From NCBI GenBank assembly GCA_963695345.1, contig OY968769.1, forward strand, positions 1,344,001 through 1,408,000: a DNA stretch of 64,000 nt, written 5' to 3'. Below the pieces are notes generated by a model. That model saw nothing but the letters and a program-made list of their open reading frames with translations. It was not told the DNA's origin and searched no databases. Every line of letters begins with the position of its first letter. Within the stretch, counting starts at the first letter, position 1. Position numbers and translations under genes: made by a program. Positions 10,517 to 23,185 of the stretch are shown here, piece by piece. Source of the stretch: an uncultured Methanomassiliicoccales archaeon (GTDB lineage: Archaea; Thermoplasmatota; Thermoplasmata; Methanomassiliicoccales; UBA472).

Positions 10517-10547
10517 ACCCTTTTGGCGCTCACTCAAGGTCGTTATT

Positions 10548-10739
10548 ATGGGCAACGTCCGACCAACTTACATTAAGCGTGTCGCTATGGAACTCGTGCA
10601 GAAGTACCCCCGGGCAACTTCGGCCGATTTCGAGAACAACAAGGTGCTGGTATCCAAGCTCACCGACGTATCGTCGATCGTGATGAGGAACCGCATCGCC
10701 GGGTACATCTCCCGCTACTGGCAGAACCAGGAATTCTAA
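10548..10739 (+). CDS. rps17e: 30S ribosomal protein S17e
   Basis: MGNVRPTYIKR...DFENNK...RNRIAGY. Confidence 0.97.
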   Translation: MGNVRPTYIKRVAMELVQKYPRATSADFENNKVLVSKLTDVSSIVMRNRIAGYISRYWQNQEF

Positions 10740-10782
10740 AAGCGAAACCTATATCATGGCTCCCCGGAATCCGGTGTGAGCC

Positions 10783-11745
10783 ATGGTCAAAGCGATAGAG
10801 GTCCAGGACCTCAGTAGGATTTTCGGTGGAAAGAAGTCAACCCCCAGCGTAGCCCTCGACCATCTCGACCTCCAGGTCGATGAGGGCGAGCTTTTCGGTC
10901 TTCTAGGTCCCAATGGCGCCGGCAAGACCACTCTCATCAAGATACTATCGACATTGTTGCTGCCGTCGTCCGGCACGGCAAAGGTGCTGGGCCACGATGT
11001 GGTCAGGGAGGCGGCCAAGATCCGACCCCGGATCAACATGGTCTCCGGAGGCGAGACATCCGGCTACGGCCTCCTCACCGTCAGGGAGAACCTTTGGATG
11101 TTCTCCCAGTTCTACGGCATCCCGGGCAAGGAGGCCAAGGCCACCATCGATGAGCTCCTGGTCAAGTTCGATCTCCTGGACAAGGCCGACGCCAAGGTGC
11201 GGACCATATCCACCGGCCAGCGGCAGAAGATGAACGTTGTCCGGGGTTTCGTCACCGACCCGGACCTGCTTTACCTGGACGAGCCGACGCTCGGCCTGGA
11301 TGTGAACGCTTCCCTCATCATCCGCGAGCACCTGCGTTCGTGGGTCAAGAGCGACAGGAAGAAGACCCTGCTCCTCACCACGCATTACATGATCGAGGCG
11401 GACGAGCTGTGCGACCGGGTCGCGATAATCAATGACGGGCGGATACTCGCCTGCGATTCCCCCCGGAACCTGAAGAAGCTGATCTCGAAGGACACCACGT
11501 TCAGCATCGAGACCACGCCGTTCGGTGACGCCGGCGGACTGTCGCTTCTCCACGGCGTCACCGGGTACTCCGCCGAGACCACCAGCGAGCACACCGTGCT
11601 GAAGCTGGTGACCGAGGACGAATCCTCCATCTCCGACATCATCTCATACCTCACCCAGCGCAACGTGAGGATCATATCGTTCAGCAAGAACGAGCCGACG
11701 CTGGAGGATGTGTTCATACAGATGGTGGGGAGAGGTCTCGAATGA
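10783..11745 (+). CDS. ABC-2 type exporter ATP-binding subunit
   Basis: GPNGAGKTT Walker A, LDEPT Walker B, TTHY, C-terminal PTLEDVF. Confidence 0.93.
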   Translation: MVKAIEVQDLSRIFGGKKSTPSVALDHLDLQVDEGELFGLLGPNGAGKTTLIKILSTLLLPSSGTAKVLGHDVVREAAKIRPRINMVSGGETSGYGLLTVRENLWMFSQFYGIPGKEAKATIDELLVKFDLLDKADAKVRTISTGQRQKMNVVRGFVTDPDLLYLDEPTLGLDVNASLIIREHLRSWVKSDRKKTLLLTTHYMIEADELCDRVAIINDGRILACDSPRNLKKLISKDTTFSIETTPFGDAGGLSLLHGVTGYSAETTSEHTVLKLVTEDESSISDIISYLTQRNVRIISFSKNEPTLEDVFIQMVGRGLE

Positions 11746-12554
11746 CCGACTGGCGTCTGAACGGAAGGGCCATCATCGGACGGGCGTACCCAAGGGTCCT
11801 GGGGGTCATGCGGGAACCGTCATGGATCCTTTTCGACATCTTCCTGCCGTTGCTGGGCATCGCCGCCTACATCTTCTATTACCGGGCCATGAACGCCCCG
11901 GAGATGTACACCGGTTTCATAGTCATCGGCGGCGCCATGACCGCCTACTGGATGAACGTCCTGTGGTCCATGGCGACGCAGTTCTACTGGGAGAAGGAGG
12001 TGGGCAACCTGCAGCTGTACATGCTGGCCCCGATGTCCCGCATGAGCGTGCTCGCCGGGATGGCGCTGGGCGGTATGCTCATGACCACCATCAGGGCGGC
12101 ATCCACCGTGCTCCTGGGGGTGTTCCTGTTCAACGTCAGTCTTACCCTGGCCCAGCCAGTGGAGCTGATACTGGTGTTCTCATTGACGTTGGTAGCCCTC
12201 TACGGCATGGGGATGATGTTCTCATCGCTGTTCCTGATGTGGGGGCGTTCCGCCATGCAGATGACCTCGCTGCTGCAGGAACCGATCTATCTGGTTTCCG
12301 GGTTCTACTTTCCGGTCAAGGCGCTGGGCTATTGGGTCGCGCTGGGGGCTTCCATACTCCCCATAACTCTGGGCCTCGACGGTATGCGCCAGCTTCTGTT
12401 CGGTGCCAGCTCCGACGGGTTCCTGCCGGTCGATGTCGAGATAATCGTCCTGGCGATCTTAGCGGTCGTGTTCTTCTTGCTGGCCAGACATTTCCTGGAG
12501 TACATGGAGAACCTGGGCAAGAAGGAAGGGAGGCTGACCCTGAGATGGCAGTGA
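11742..12554 (+). CDS. ABC-2 type exporter permease
   Basis: About six TM segments, EKEVGNL and SGFYFP motifs; ATGA overlap. Confidence 0.9.
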   Translation: MTDWRLNGRAIIGRAYPRVLGVMREPSWILFDIFLPLLGIAAYIFYYRAMNAPEMYTGFIVIGGAMTAYWMNVLWSMATQFYWEKEVGNLQLYMLAPMSRMSVLAGMALGGMLMTTIRAASTVLLGVFLFNVSLTLAQPVELILVFSLTLVALYGMGMMFSSLFLMWGRSAMQMTSLLQEPIYLVSGFYFPVKALGYWVALGASILPITLGLDGMRQLLFGASSDGFLPVDVEIIVLAILAVVFFLLARHFLEYMENLGKKEGRLTLRWQ

Positions 12555-13417
12555 GGGACCTGCTCTCGAACCATTGGCGCACCTTCCGTTGGGCTTCCTG
12601 GCTCGGATGGCAGATGGAGGCGAATTGGACCAACTGGTACCTGTTCATCATCTATTCCATCGCCAAACCCATCGCCGGTACGCTTATCGTCGTCATCATG
12701 TACCTGATCGTGTTCGGCGGGGTGACCGGGGACCCGACCTTCTTCTCCTATATGTACCTCGGGAATGCCTTCTACATCTTCATCGGCCAGGCGCTTTTCG
12801 GGACCACCTGGGTCATTCATGAGGACCGGGAGCACTACCAGACCCTGAAGCAGATCTACATGGCCCCGATCAGCCTGTTCATCTACCTGATCGGACGGGC
12901 CATGGCCAAGATCGCCGTGGCCGGCATGGCGGTCATCATCACCCTGGCGTTCGGGATGTTGGCGCTCGGGCTGCCGCTGGCCCTGCTGAACATCGACTGG
13001 GCACTGTTGACCCTGGCACTGGTGATCGGCCTGCTGTGCATGGTCTCCATCGGGGTGGCCATGGCCGGGATAACGTTCCTTACGGCCAAGCATGGGTACG
13101 GGATAAACGAGGGCGTGGCCGGCCTTTTCTACCTGTTCTGCGGGGCCATATTCCCGCTGACGGTCCTTCCCGACTGGGGGCAGGCCATAGGTCAGTCGAT
13201 CCCCATCACCTATTGGCTCGAAATTACGAGGCGGGCGATGCTCCCCGGTTCGGGCATATCGGGCATCAGCGGGTTGGGCGAATATTCCAACATCCAGATA
13301 CTTTCGTTCCTGCTGCTTTCCGCCGGGATATTCCTGGTCCTGTCAATCGGTATATTCAAGTATGCGGACTATCTTGCCAGAAAGAAGGGCAAGCTCGACA
13401 TGAGCACGTCCTATTGA
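12545..13417 (+). CDS. ABC-2 type exporter permease (second)
   Basis: Hydrophobic frame from MAVRDLL, with EDREHYQTL and GAIFP; the upstream part of the 569-aa ORF is an off-frame shadow. Confidence 0.88.
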   Translation: MAVRDLLSNHWRTFRWASWLGWQMEANWTNWYLFIIYSIAKPIAGTLIVVIMYLIVFGGVTGDPTFFSYMYLGNAFYIFIGQALFGTTWVIHEDREHYQTLKQIYMAPISLFIYLIGRAMAKIAVAGMAVIITLAFGMLALGLPLALLNIDWALLTLALVIGLLCMVSIGVAMAGITFLTAKHGYGINEGVAGLFYLFCGAIFPLTVLPDWGQAIGQSIPITYWLEITRRAMLPGSGISGISGLGEYSNIQILSFLLLSAGIFLVLSIGIFKYADYLARKKGKLDMSTSY

Positions 13418-13457
13418 TGTTGGGGCCGTTCTTCGGTGCCAGGCGTCAGTTCAACAG

Positions 13458-13531
13458 GCCCGAGTGGGGTAGCTTGGATATCCTAGGAGGCTGCGAACCT
13501 CCAGACCCGGATTCAAATTCCGGCTCGGGCG
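13458..13531 (+). tRNA. tRNA-Arg (anticodon GCG)
   Basis: Acceptor GCCCGAG/CTCGGGC, anticodon arm GGAGG-CTGCGAA-CCTCC, T arm CCGGA-TTCAAAT-TCCGG. Confidence 0.95.
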
Positions 13532-13922
13532 CTACACATCCCATTTCTGTGCAATATCATTTATTTCTGGAGGAAGCTCTTTTCCATTCATGACCTGGTC
13601 CAGCTGAGGTTCTGATCTCTGACCGGCCGCTGCTCAGGTCAGCCTGATCTCGGTCATAAGGCTGAGGGTGGAGCACGAACTGAACGGCAGGTCGATCGAC
13701 ACATCGATTTATGTGTCTCCCTGGATCCACCGGTCAGGAAGACGATCGCCGAAGCAAGGACCGGACGGTTCATGGCGTTATCCTGGCAGGCGGGCGGGGC
13801 CGGACACCGACTATGTGTATCTGGAAACGTTCCGGAAGCTCGGGGAGCTGGTGGAGCATATTCGCCCTGGACAAAGGTACTCATGCGGGGCACTGGGCAG
13901 GTACAGGCTCTGAGAGGCTGAA

Positions 13923-15848
13923 CTACTCCAGCGTCACTCCGACCGACTCTGAGATCTCCAGGTCCCCCGGCGGCATGATACGGGATATCTCCTCCTCGGG
14001 CACCTCGAATATCCTTGCCAGCTGGGACGATACCTTGCTCCTCACGGACCGGGAGGGCTTGATCGCGCAGTACTTGGTGGAATGTGCCTTGACCGCCGGG
14101 AGCGGTCCGCACACGATCTTCCTCGCGCCTTCGAAGGTTATCTCCCCCACTGCCAGCTCCAGCGGCAAGTGGTGCATGTAGTTGCGCTTCCCGCGGATGA
14201 TGAAACCGCCGCGGGGAACGAACTCTCCGGCGTCGGGTGTCTTGGTGACCTGGTCAGGCTCCACCCAGTAGGCGGTCCCTTCGCTCACCCCGGCGTTCCA
14301 GGCCTTGGAATGCGCCAGCGCGAACAGGCAGAGTTCGCGCAGCTCCTCCTCGGTGGCCGCCCCTCCGTCCTTCAGGATCGTGGACGGTGCCCCGTGCACA
14401 TCCGCGTGCGCGTACCGGTCCTTCGAGGTCAGATGTTTCTTTACCACCTGGTCGTTCCCGCGGGCGTCGCGTCCGGCGAGCACCAGTTTCCCTCCCGAGG
14501 TGATGAACCATTTGTAGGCCTCGAACCAGAACCGCTTGGTCGGCTTGACGTCCTTGACCGCGGTGCGGGCGATGGCCTCTCCCTTCTTCCTGCGCGACGC
14601 GATCTTCAGCTCCGTCTCCTTGGCGGCCTGCTCCGCCCCGACCAGCTTCGACTTTGCCTCCTTGGCCTCCAGGAAAAGGATGTTGGCGTTCTCTTCCAGG
14701 CCGACGGTATAGTCAACCTTCACCTCGAACTCGCCGAGCCTGACCGTCGCGTTGTGGTTCTTCGGGTCGACCGCCACCACTCCGGGGATCCCCAGCATGG
14801 CCGATCTGATGGCCTCCCAGTCCCCCATAGAGGAGAGCTCCTTGAGCCTGGCCAGCAGGTCGGTGGCCGGTTGATAGTTGATGTACAGCGAATTGGCCCG
14901 CTCCGCCAGTCGTTCCGATTCCTGGCGCTGCCGGGTCACGTTCTGGGTCATCTGCTCCATCTGGCGAATGAGGCGCTCCAGCTCCTCGTCCTTCTCTTCC
15001 TTCTTCTCCTCCACCCTGACGCTCTTCACGAACAGGTCCAGCGCCTCGGACATGGTGGCCTTCGGTTCGGAGCGCAGCGCCGAGTTCAGGCGCAGCTCGA
15101 TCGGGGTAACGTCCACCACCAGGTCACCGTTGTGGACCAGTCTCGGGCTGGGCGCGGTCTTGATGGAAATCAGTATCTCGCCTATGGACCGGAACAGATC
15201 GTTCATCTCTTGGTCGGTGAGGGTCTTCGCCTTGCGGGACTTGTCTATGCCAGCCCGCAGACAGACCTCTTCCGCGTACTGTCCGCCGATATTGGCCGAG
15301 GTGGCCAGGGTTCGGACCACATCAGCGGTGGAACCGGCGATGGCCTTCTTGAAACCGTCTTCGTTCTCCACCTTGGGGTCGAAACGGGAAAGCGGAAATT
15401 GGTATTCTGAGCCGATTAGCACATCCCGATGCCGCCACTTCTTCTGCTCGATGCAGTTGACTATCTTACCATCGCCCACAATGAGCAGGTTCCCTTCTCC
15501 GAACAGTTCGAAGATGATCTCGAAGGCGGTCTCTCTGTTTGCCACCTTCATCACCAGGATACGGTCGAACTCACGCTGTTCCACTGACTGAACCCTGGCG
15601 TTGCCGAGGAGCTTACGTGCATGAACGGCAAAACTGGAAGGGATGTCCGGCGCGTCCGGTTTCGATTCCGGGGCGAACAGCCATTTGGTGTCCTTGAAGT
15701 AGAGCTCCCTCTTCCCCTGCTGGGTATTGATCCGGAACAGGACGTTCCTCTTGTCCCAGTTGAACACCTTGTCGACGAATCCGCCGACAAGCGACTGCAT
15801 CTCGCCCGATATCGCCAGGATATCGAATGCGTTCATCTCTCCCTTCAT
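13923..15848 (-). CDS. rqcH: Ribosome quality-control protein RqcH/Rqc2 (NFACT family)
   Basis: FDRIL, ELFGEGN, WFEAYKWF, GRDA, HADVHGAPS and GGFIIRGKRN motifs. Confidence 0.93.
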   Translation of the reverse strand: MKGEMNAFDILAISGEMQSLVGGFVDKVFNWDKRNVLFRINTQQGKRELYFKDTKWLFAPESKPDAPDIPSSFAVHARKLLGNARVQSVEQREFDRILVMKVANRETAFEIIFELFGEGNLLIVGDGKIVNCIEQKKWRHRDVLIGSEYQFPLSRFDPKVENEDGFKKAIAGSTADVVRTLATSANIGGQYAEEVCLRAGIDKSRKAKTLTDQEMNDLFRSIGEILISIKTAPSPRLVHNGDLVVDVTPIELRLNSALRSEPKATMSEALDLFVKSVRVEEKKEEKDEELERLIRQMEQMTQNVTRQRQESERLAERANSLYINYQPATDLLARLKELSSMGDWEAIRSAMLGIPGVVAVDPKNHNATVRLGEFEVKVDYTVGLEENANILFLEAKEAKSKLVGAEQAAKETELKIASRRKKGEAIARTAVKDVKPTKRFWFEAYKWFITSGGKLVLAGRDARGNDQVVKKHLTSKDRYAHADVHGAPSTILKDGGAATEEELRELCLFALAHSKAWNAGVSEGTAYWVEPDQVTKTPDAGEFVPRGGFIIRGKRNYMHHLPLELAVGEITFEGARKIVCGPLPAVKAHSTKYCAIKPSRSVRSKVSSQLARIFEVPEEEISRIMPPGDLEISESVGVTLE

Positions 15849-15918
15849 CACCATCCCTTAGCATCTGGATGGACAAAAGGGTTTGCCATTGTGACCGTTG
15901 TTGTCGCGGAACAACTCA

Positions 15919-15932
15919 GAAAGATTTATCAA
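15919..15932 (+). promoter_or_regulatory. BRE/TATA promoter of tRNA-Thr
   Basis: GAAAGA-TTTATCAA about 27 nt upstream of the mature tRNA. Confidence 0.5.
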
Positions 15933-15958
15933 TGGTAATCAGGTTGGGGAGTGACACT

Positions 15959-16030
15959 GCCACTGTGGCTTAGAGGTATAGCGATGCCTTGGTAAGGCAT
16001 AGGTCGAGGGTTCAATTCCCTCCAGTGGCT
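15959..16030 (+). tRNA. tRNA-Thr (anticodon GGT)
   Basis: Acceptor GCCACTG/CAGTGGC, anticodon arm ATGCC-TTGGTAA-GGCAT, T arm GAGGG-TTCAATT-CCCTC; followed by a T-tract. Confidence 0.96.
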
Positions 16031-16122
16031 CTTTTTCTATTATTCGGTTTCACGGACCGTTCTTCCAGCATAGAAATATAGTTGACAACCTCTATTTCAG
16101 TAGGCTCTTGGGTGAATTAAGG

Positions 16123-17019
16123 ATGAACCGTCGGCTTCTCTATTCGATCCTGATATTCGCTGGAGTCCTGGCATTAGGGACCGTGGCCTTCACCTTCGTA
16201 GAGCCTTCTGTTCATGGGGATCCGTGGGTGTCTCTGTATTTCACCATAACCACCGTTTTCACAGTAGGATACGGGGACGTGGTACCGACCACCGGCGACA
16301 GCAGGATCACCGCCGTCATTGTGATGGTGCTGGGGATCGCAGCCGGGGTCCACACATTGCAGAACCTGTTCGATCTGGCGATCAGGCGCGACCTGAGGAG
16401 AGAGCTAGGCCTACCGGAAAGGAGGGTCAGGATGAAAGATCATTACATCATTTGTGGCTACGGACACGTGGGAAGGGAGGTCCTGGACCAGCTGGCAAAG
16501 AAAGGGGAAAGGTACCTGGTCATTGAAAATGACCGGAGCAAGGTGGAGACCATGGTGGACCACGGCATCCCGGTGATCGCCGGAGACGCGGAATCGGAGG
16601 AGGTGCTGCAACGGGCCAATATCTCGACCGCCAAGGGGCTTATCGCCACCATGAAGGATTCACAGAACATGATCGTGGTCCTGACGGCAAAGACGCTCAA
16701 CCCGAAGATCAATGTGGTGACGGAGGTCGAAGACCATAAGAACGAGGGGAAGTTGAGACTGGTAGGTGCGGATAGCATCATCAACTGCCATGAGATGGGG
16801 GCCAGGTTAATGGTGGGGAGAGCACGGAACGTCACCATAGACCCGGTCTGCGGGCATGAGATCAGCACACCCGACGCCAAGTTCAGTCATGTGTACCAGG
16901 ATGGAACCTTCCACTTCTGCTCGAAGGAGTGCATGGAAGCCTTCAGACTGAACCCTGACCGGTTCAAGGAGCTAAGGACCGTCCTGGATGACACATGCGG
17001 TATGGGTCCCAAATATTGA
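16123..17019 (+). CDS. Potassium channel (2TM + RCK/TrkA-N) with C-terminal YHS/TRASH domain
   Basis: TVGYGD filter, IICGYGHVG RCK motif, DPVCG...FHFCSKEC tail. Confidence 0.9.
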   Translation: MNRRLLYSILIFAGVLALGTVAFTFVEPSVHGDPWVSLYFTITTVFTVGYGDVVPTTGDSRITAVIVMVLGIAAGVHTLQNLFDLAIRRDLRRELGLPERRVRMKDHYIICGYGHVGREVLDQLAKKGERYLVIENDRSKVETMVDHGIPVIAGDAESEEVLQRANISTAKGLIATMKDSQNMIVVLTAKTLNPKINVVTEVEDHKNEGKLRLVGADSIINCHEMGARLMVGRARNVTIDPVCGHEISTPDAKFSHVYQDGTFHFCSKECMEAFRLNPDRFKELRTVLDDTCGMGPKY

Positions 17020-17020
17020 T

Positions 17021-18229
17021 TCACTTCATCCGGTAGTATAGGAAGCCAGACCAGATCTTGGGCCAGAAATAGGTGGACTTCTTCGGCATGACCCTTCCTC
17101 CCAGCGCCACCTGCCAGATCGCTTCGAGATTGGGGGTGCTTAGGATGACCGCCATGTCCGCCTCTCCCTTCTGGATCTTGTCACCCACAGAGATCGGATC
17201 GTGGTCATAGGCGATCTTGAAGTCCTTGCCGGCGTTCGGAACGACGACCTTGTCCAGAAGCACTTTCTCGCAGACGAAGGTGTCCACCGACCACATCATA
17301 TCCGTGGGGTCGGTTTCCCTGGGCACGAGCAGGACATACCGTTCGTTCCTGGTCCAAAGGCCCAATGCGGTCTCCTTCGAGGCGGTGAGCGCGCTTATCA
17401 TCTCCGGCAGGCGGTCGAAGATGCGTAGGTAGAAGAACTCCTCCAGTCGGTTGATCAGGTCGTCCTCGCTGATCTCCATCCCGGAGAGGAGGCGGTGCGT
17501 CGGCCTCACGATCAATCCCGGATCGTTGGTGGAGATGAGCGTGGCCATGACATACTGCTTACGTTCGTCCGTCGGATTCTCCTGGGCATATCTGACCGAG
17601 GTCTCGTAACGGTGATGCCCGTCGGCGATCAGGAGCCTTTTTGAGCTCAGCTCGGTCATCATCCTAGCGACCACGTTAGGGTCGGATATGCGTGAAAGCA
17701 CATGGGTCACGCCCTGCCTTTCCGTCCATTCCAGAACCGGGGCCGCGTTCTTGTCCATCGCCTTGACCAGATCGGCGGGGAGCTGGTCGTAGAGACAGAA
17801 TATCGATTCGCAGTGGGTTTCGACACCGCGCAGCAGGTTCAACCGGTCCTCTTTGACCTTGGAGAATGTCTCCTCATGAGGGATCACGCCGTCCCGGTCA
17901 TATCCCTCGGCCTTCAGGATGCCCATGATGCCGGTCCTGTGCACTTTCTCAAAGTTCTCGGTGAAGGTCTGCCGGTACAGGTAGAAAGATTCTTTCTCAT
18001 CCTTGACCAGCCTGCCCTGTTCGATCCACGATTCCAGCCGCTTGCCCGCTCCCTCGTAACCTCCCGAGATCCCTCCCAGTGTGATGTTGGTTACGTTCAG
18101 CGGATGGGATTGAAGCTCCGCCAGCTCTTCCTTGGAAATGACGTCGTAGGGTGGGGATACCCGGTCTGAGACCTTCTCTTGCGCGTCGATTTTCGGTATG
18201 AATCCTTGGAAGGGACGGAACTGGACCAT
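17021..18229 (-). CDS. DUF1015-family protein
   Basis: SPPYDVIS, PHEET, IADGHHRYET and MPKKSTYFWPK motifs. Confidence 0.88.
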   Translation of the reverse strand: MVQFRPFQGFIPKIDAQEKVSDRVSPPYDVISKEELAELQSHPLNVTNITLGGISGGYEGAGKRLESWIEQGRLVKDEKESFYLYRQTFTENFEKVHRTGIMGILKAEGYDRDGVIPHEETFSKVKEDRLNLLRGVETHCESIFCLYDQLPADLVKAMDKNAAPVLEWTERQGVTHVLSRISDPNVVARMMTELSSKRLLIADGHHRYETSVRYAQENPTDERKQYVMATLISTNDPGLIVRPTHRLLSGMEISEDDLINRLEEFFYLRIFDRLPEMISALTASKETALGLWTRNERYVLLVPRETDPTDMMWSVDTFVCEKVLLDKVVVPNAGKDFKIAYDHDPISVGDKIQKGEADMAVILSTPNLEAIWQVALGGRVMPKKSTYFWPKIWSGFLYYRMK

Positions 18230-18296
18230 TCGATTGCCTCACTCCGTTAGGGCCGTATCTTGGTTATATTGTTTTCATTCCCGGTCCGCTGATTCT

Positions 18297-19464
18297 CTAA
18301 CCCACAGTGATGCGAAGCAGCTCGAAGGCTTCTTTCTCGGCTCTGCTCAGTTCCATGATATTTTGGCTCAGGCATTCCATCAGGTCCCCGATCTTCGATG
18401 GGTTCAGAGAGTCGAACTCATCTTTTATGGTGCTTAGGAGTTCCGTGTCTAGCTCGCGGTTGATCTCGGAGATTCTGGCCGCCGCCCTCGGTCCTTCCCG
18501 TTCGAACAGATCGTTCTTCATCACCATGAGGCGTCTCGTTTCAGCCAAGGAGTCCCATTCGTCCGGCAGGGCCGCTTCGGCTATCTCCGACCATCGTTCT
18601 CCGCATGCCCTGAACTTCGCTGCCGCTGAGCGAAGCTCCGGAATGTGGATGATGGTGGACGCTTCGTCTAAGAAATCCGCGTACATAGGCCGGAACGCCC
18701 CTCCTCCCGTCCCGCCGATCTCGATATAGATGAAGAGATTTAGAAGGCATCCGAACAACGACATTCCCTTGAATCTCCCTGGCCACTTCTTGAGTTCTCC
18801 GGACAATTTGTTGATGCCCTTGAGACCGAAGTTGGTGATTGCCGGCTCCAGCATCGAATCACAGGAATTCGCTATGCTTTCCCTTATCCCAGGGGTCAGG
18901 TCTGCCGATCTCCTTTGGGTAACTGGGCAGGAGCATTCTGTTCTTTGGCTGGAAGGGAGGGCACTTCGAGCCCCTGGCTTTCTTGAGGTCTTCCATTCTC
19001 AGTTCGAAGGGGTTAACGCTCCGGTCGCTGACCAAGGCCATTCCATTGCTGACTCCATGCACCACAATGGTGTGGCCTCCGAAATGGGCTTCCTCTGGCA
19101 TCATCATGTAAGGAAGGTAAGCCATGTCCACGAAGACAATGGTCGGTTCACCTCCCTTTAGTGAATCCATCAGGTCTTTGAGGGCGGCGTGGCCGCTCGA
19201 TGTCTCCTTGATGGTGGTTGCTCCGCCTATCCTCCTGAACGTATCCCCTATCGGGTCGCTTCCCTTTCCATATCGTCCTCCCACAAAAGGAGCTGGCATC
19301 CCTTTTCCGTACCAGTATATGAATGACAGGCCACCGCTGAGCCCGAAGGCCATCTCCTCGGACATTTTTATCCCATGGAAGTTCAGTACCGACCTGGCGG
19401 CCGTAGACCAGCAGTGCTTACCCCCTTGTGTTTCAAAACCTTCTATTGTTATGTCCTCGTTCAT
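18297..19464 (-). CDS. BtrH_N/DUF4872 papain-like (C39-related) protein; one extra base near 18905
   Basis: HCWS, VDMAYLPY, HFGGH and GTGGGAFRPMY; removing one base gives ...KEIADLTPGIRESIANSCDSMLEP... and joins both ORFs. Confidence 0.8.
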
Positions 19465-19473
19465 TTACCCACC

Positions 19474-20016
19474 TCATACCGTTTCTCCCTTCTCCATCCG
19501 TGCTGTCAGTTTCTCGATGCATTCACGCTCTGCTTCCAGTTGTACCAGAGGCAGCTCGAACATGAGGGTCACACGATATGGGTCGCCCCGTCCCATGCTC
19601 TCGGCGATCTTCCTTTCCAGGAACCGCGCCCGTTCGTCGAGCGATTTCACATGGTCATGGAGGCATTCGATCGCGCTTTCCCTGCTGAGCATATTGATGT
19701 TGGCAAGCCCTAGATCGAAGGGAGCGATCAGTTTTGGACAGCTGGACAGGACAGTGGTGATCTTTTCCTTCATTGCTGCTGTTCCTAGGTCGGTAACTGT
19801 ATAGATCCTGCGAGATGGTTTTCCTTCCACTGATTCAAGTTCGCTGCTGATCAGCCCGGATCTCTCCAGGCGTTTCAGGACATAGTAGATCGAGGAGAAC
19901 CCAATCTGGGTCCAGTTGCGCATCCCCCTTTCCTCAATGGTTCGGTCCAGATCATATCCATATTGCGGCCTCTCGCAGAGCAAACCAAGAATCGCTGCCT
20001 CAATATCGGATATCAT
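19474..20016 (-). CDS. PadR-family transcriptional regulator
   Basis: AILGLL...YGYDL...SIYYVLKRLE...RRIYTVT winged HTH. Confidence 0.9.
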   Translation of the reverse strand: MISDIEAAILGLLCERPQYGYDLDRTIEERGMRNWTQIGFSSIYYVLKRLERSGLISSELESVEGKPSRRIYTVTDLGTAAMKEKITTVLSSCPKLIAPFDLGLANINMLSRESAIECLHDHVKSLDERARFLERKIAESMGRGDPYRVTLMFELPLVQLEAERECIEKLTARMEKGETV

Positions 20017-20020
20017 ATGC

Positions 20021-20040
20021 CTATGATATTATAGTCATAG
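20021..20040. promoter_or_regulatory. Candidate PadR operator, CTATGA-N8-TCATAG
   Basis: Inverted repeat 5 nt upstream of the padR start; spacing matches the ATGT-N8-ACAT box known for Firmicute PadR. Confidence 0.55.
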
Positions 20041-20352
20041 AATATCAATATTGCTCTCTCTCATTTCAGACGGTTGTGTTTTCTCCGGTAACTTAACGTC
20101 AAGTTATTCATTAATGAATTATCTATTTCTGGTTTTTCTGCGATAATTGCGAAATGATTGTTTTTACTGGCTATTTACCTTATCTTGACTGTCGACGATT
20201 ATTTTCGAGATTCGTATCGAATATTTTTACATCCCTGCCTGCAATATATTCAAATATTACCAGTGAAATCCATGTTTATGCTTAACAATCGTGAATGTAT
20301 TTCGCCGGTCAAGTTGAAAGAAAATCGAACCGAATGCAGGAACAAAAAGTAA

Positions 20353-23156
<2,804 letters not shown>

Positions 23157-23185
23157 GGTCGCCCCAGAGCATGGGATATCGACAA

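Noticed and set aside
11708-12544. N-terminal extension making a 569-aa permease
   Set aside because: It overlaps the first permease out of frame and has a junk Arg/Gly/His composition; the real start is near 12545
13769-13805. HGVILAGGRGR as the start of a nucleotidyltransferase
   Set aside because: The rest of that frame runs antisense into rqcH and shows no further NTP-transferase motifs
14082-15410. 442-aa plus-strand ORF and many similar long antisense ORFs
   Set aside because: Shadow frames opposite well-supported genes in GC-rich DNA, with no recognisable motifs
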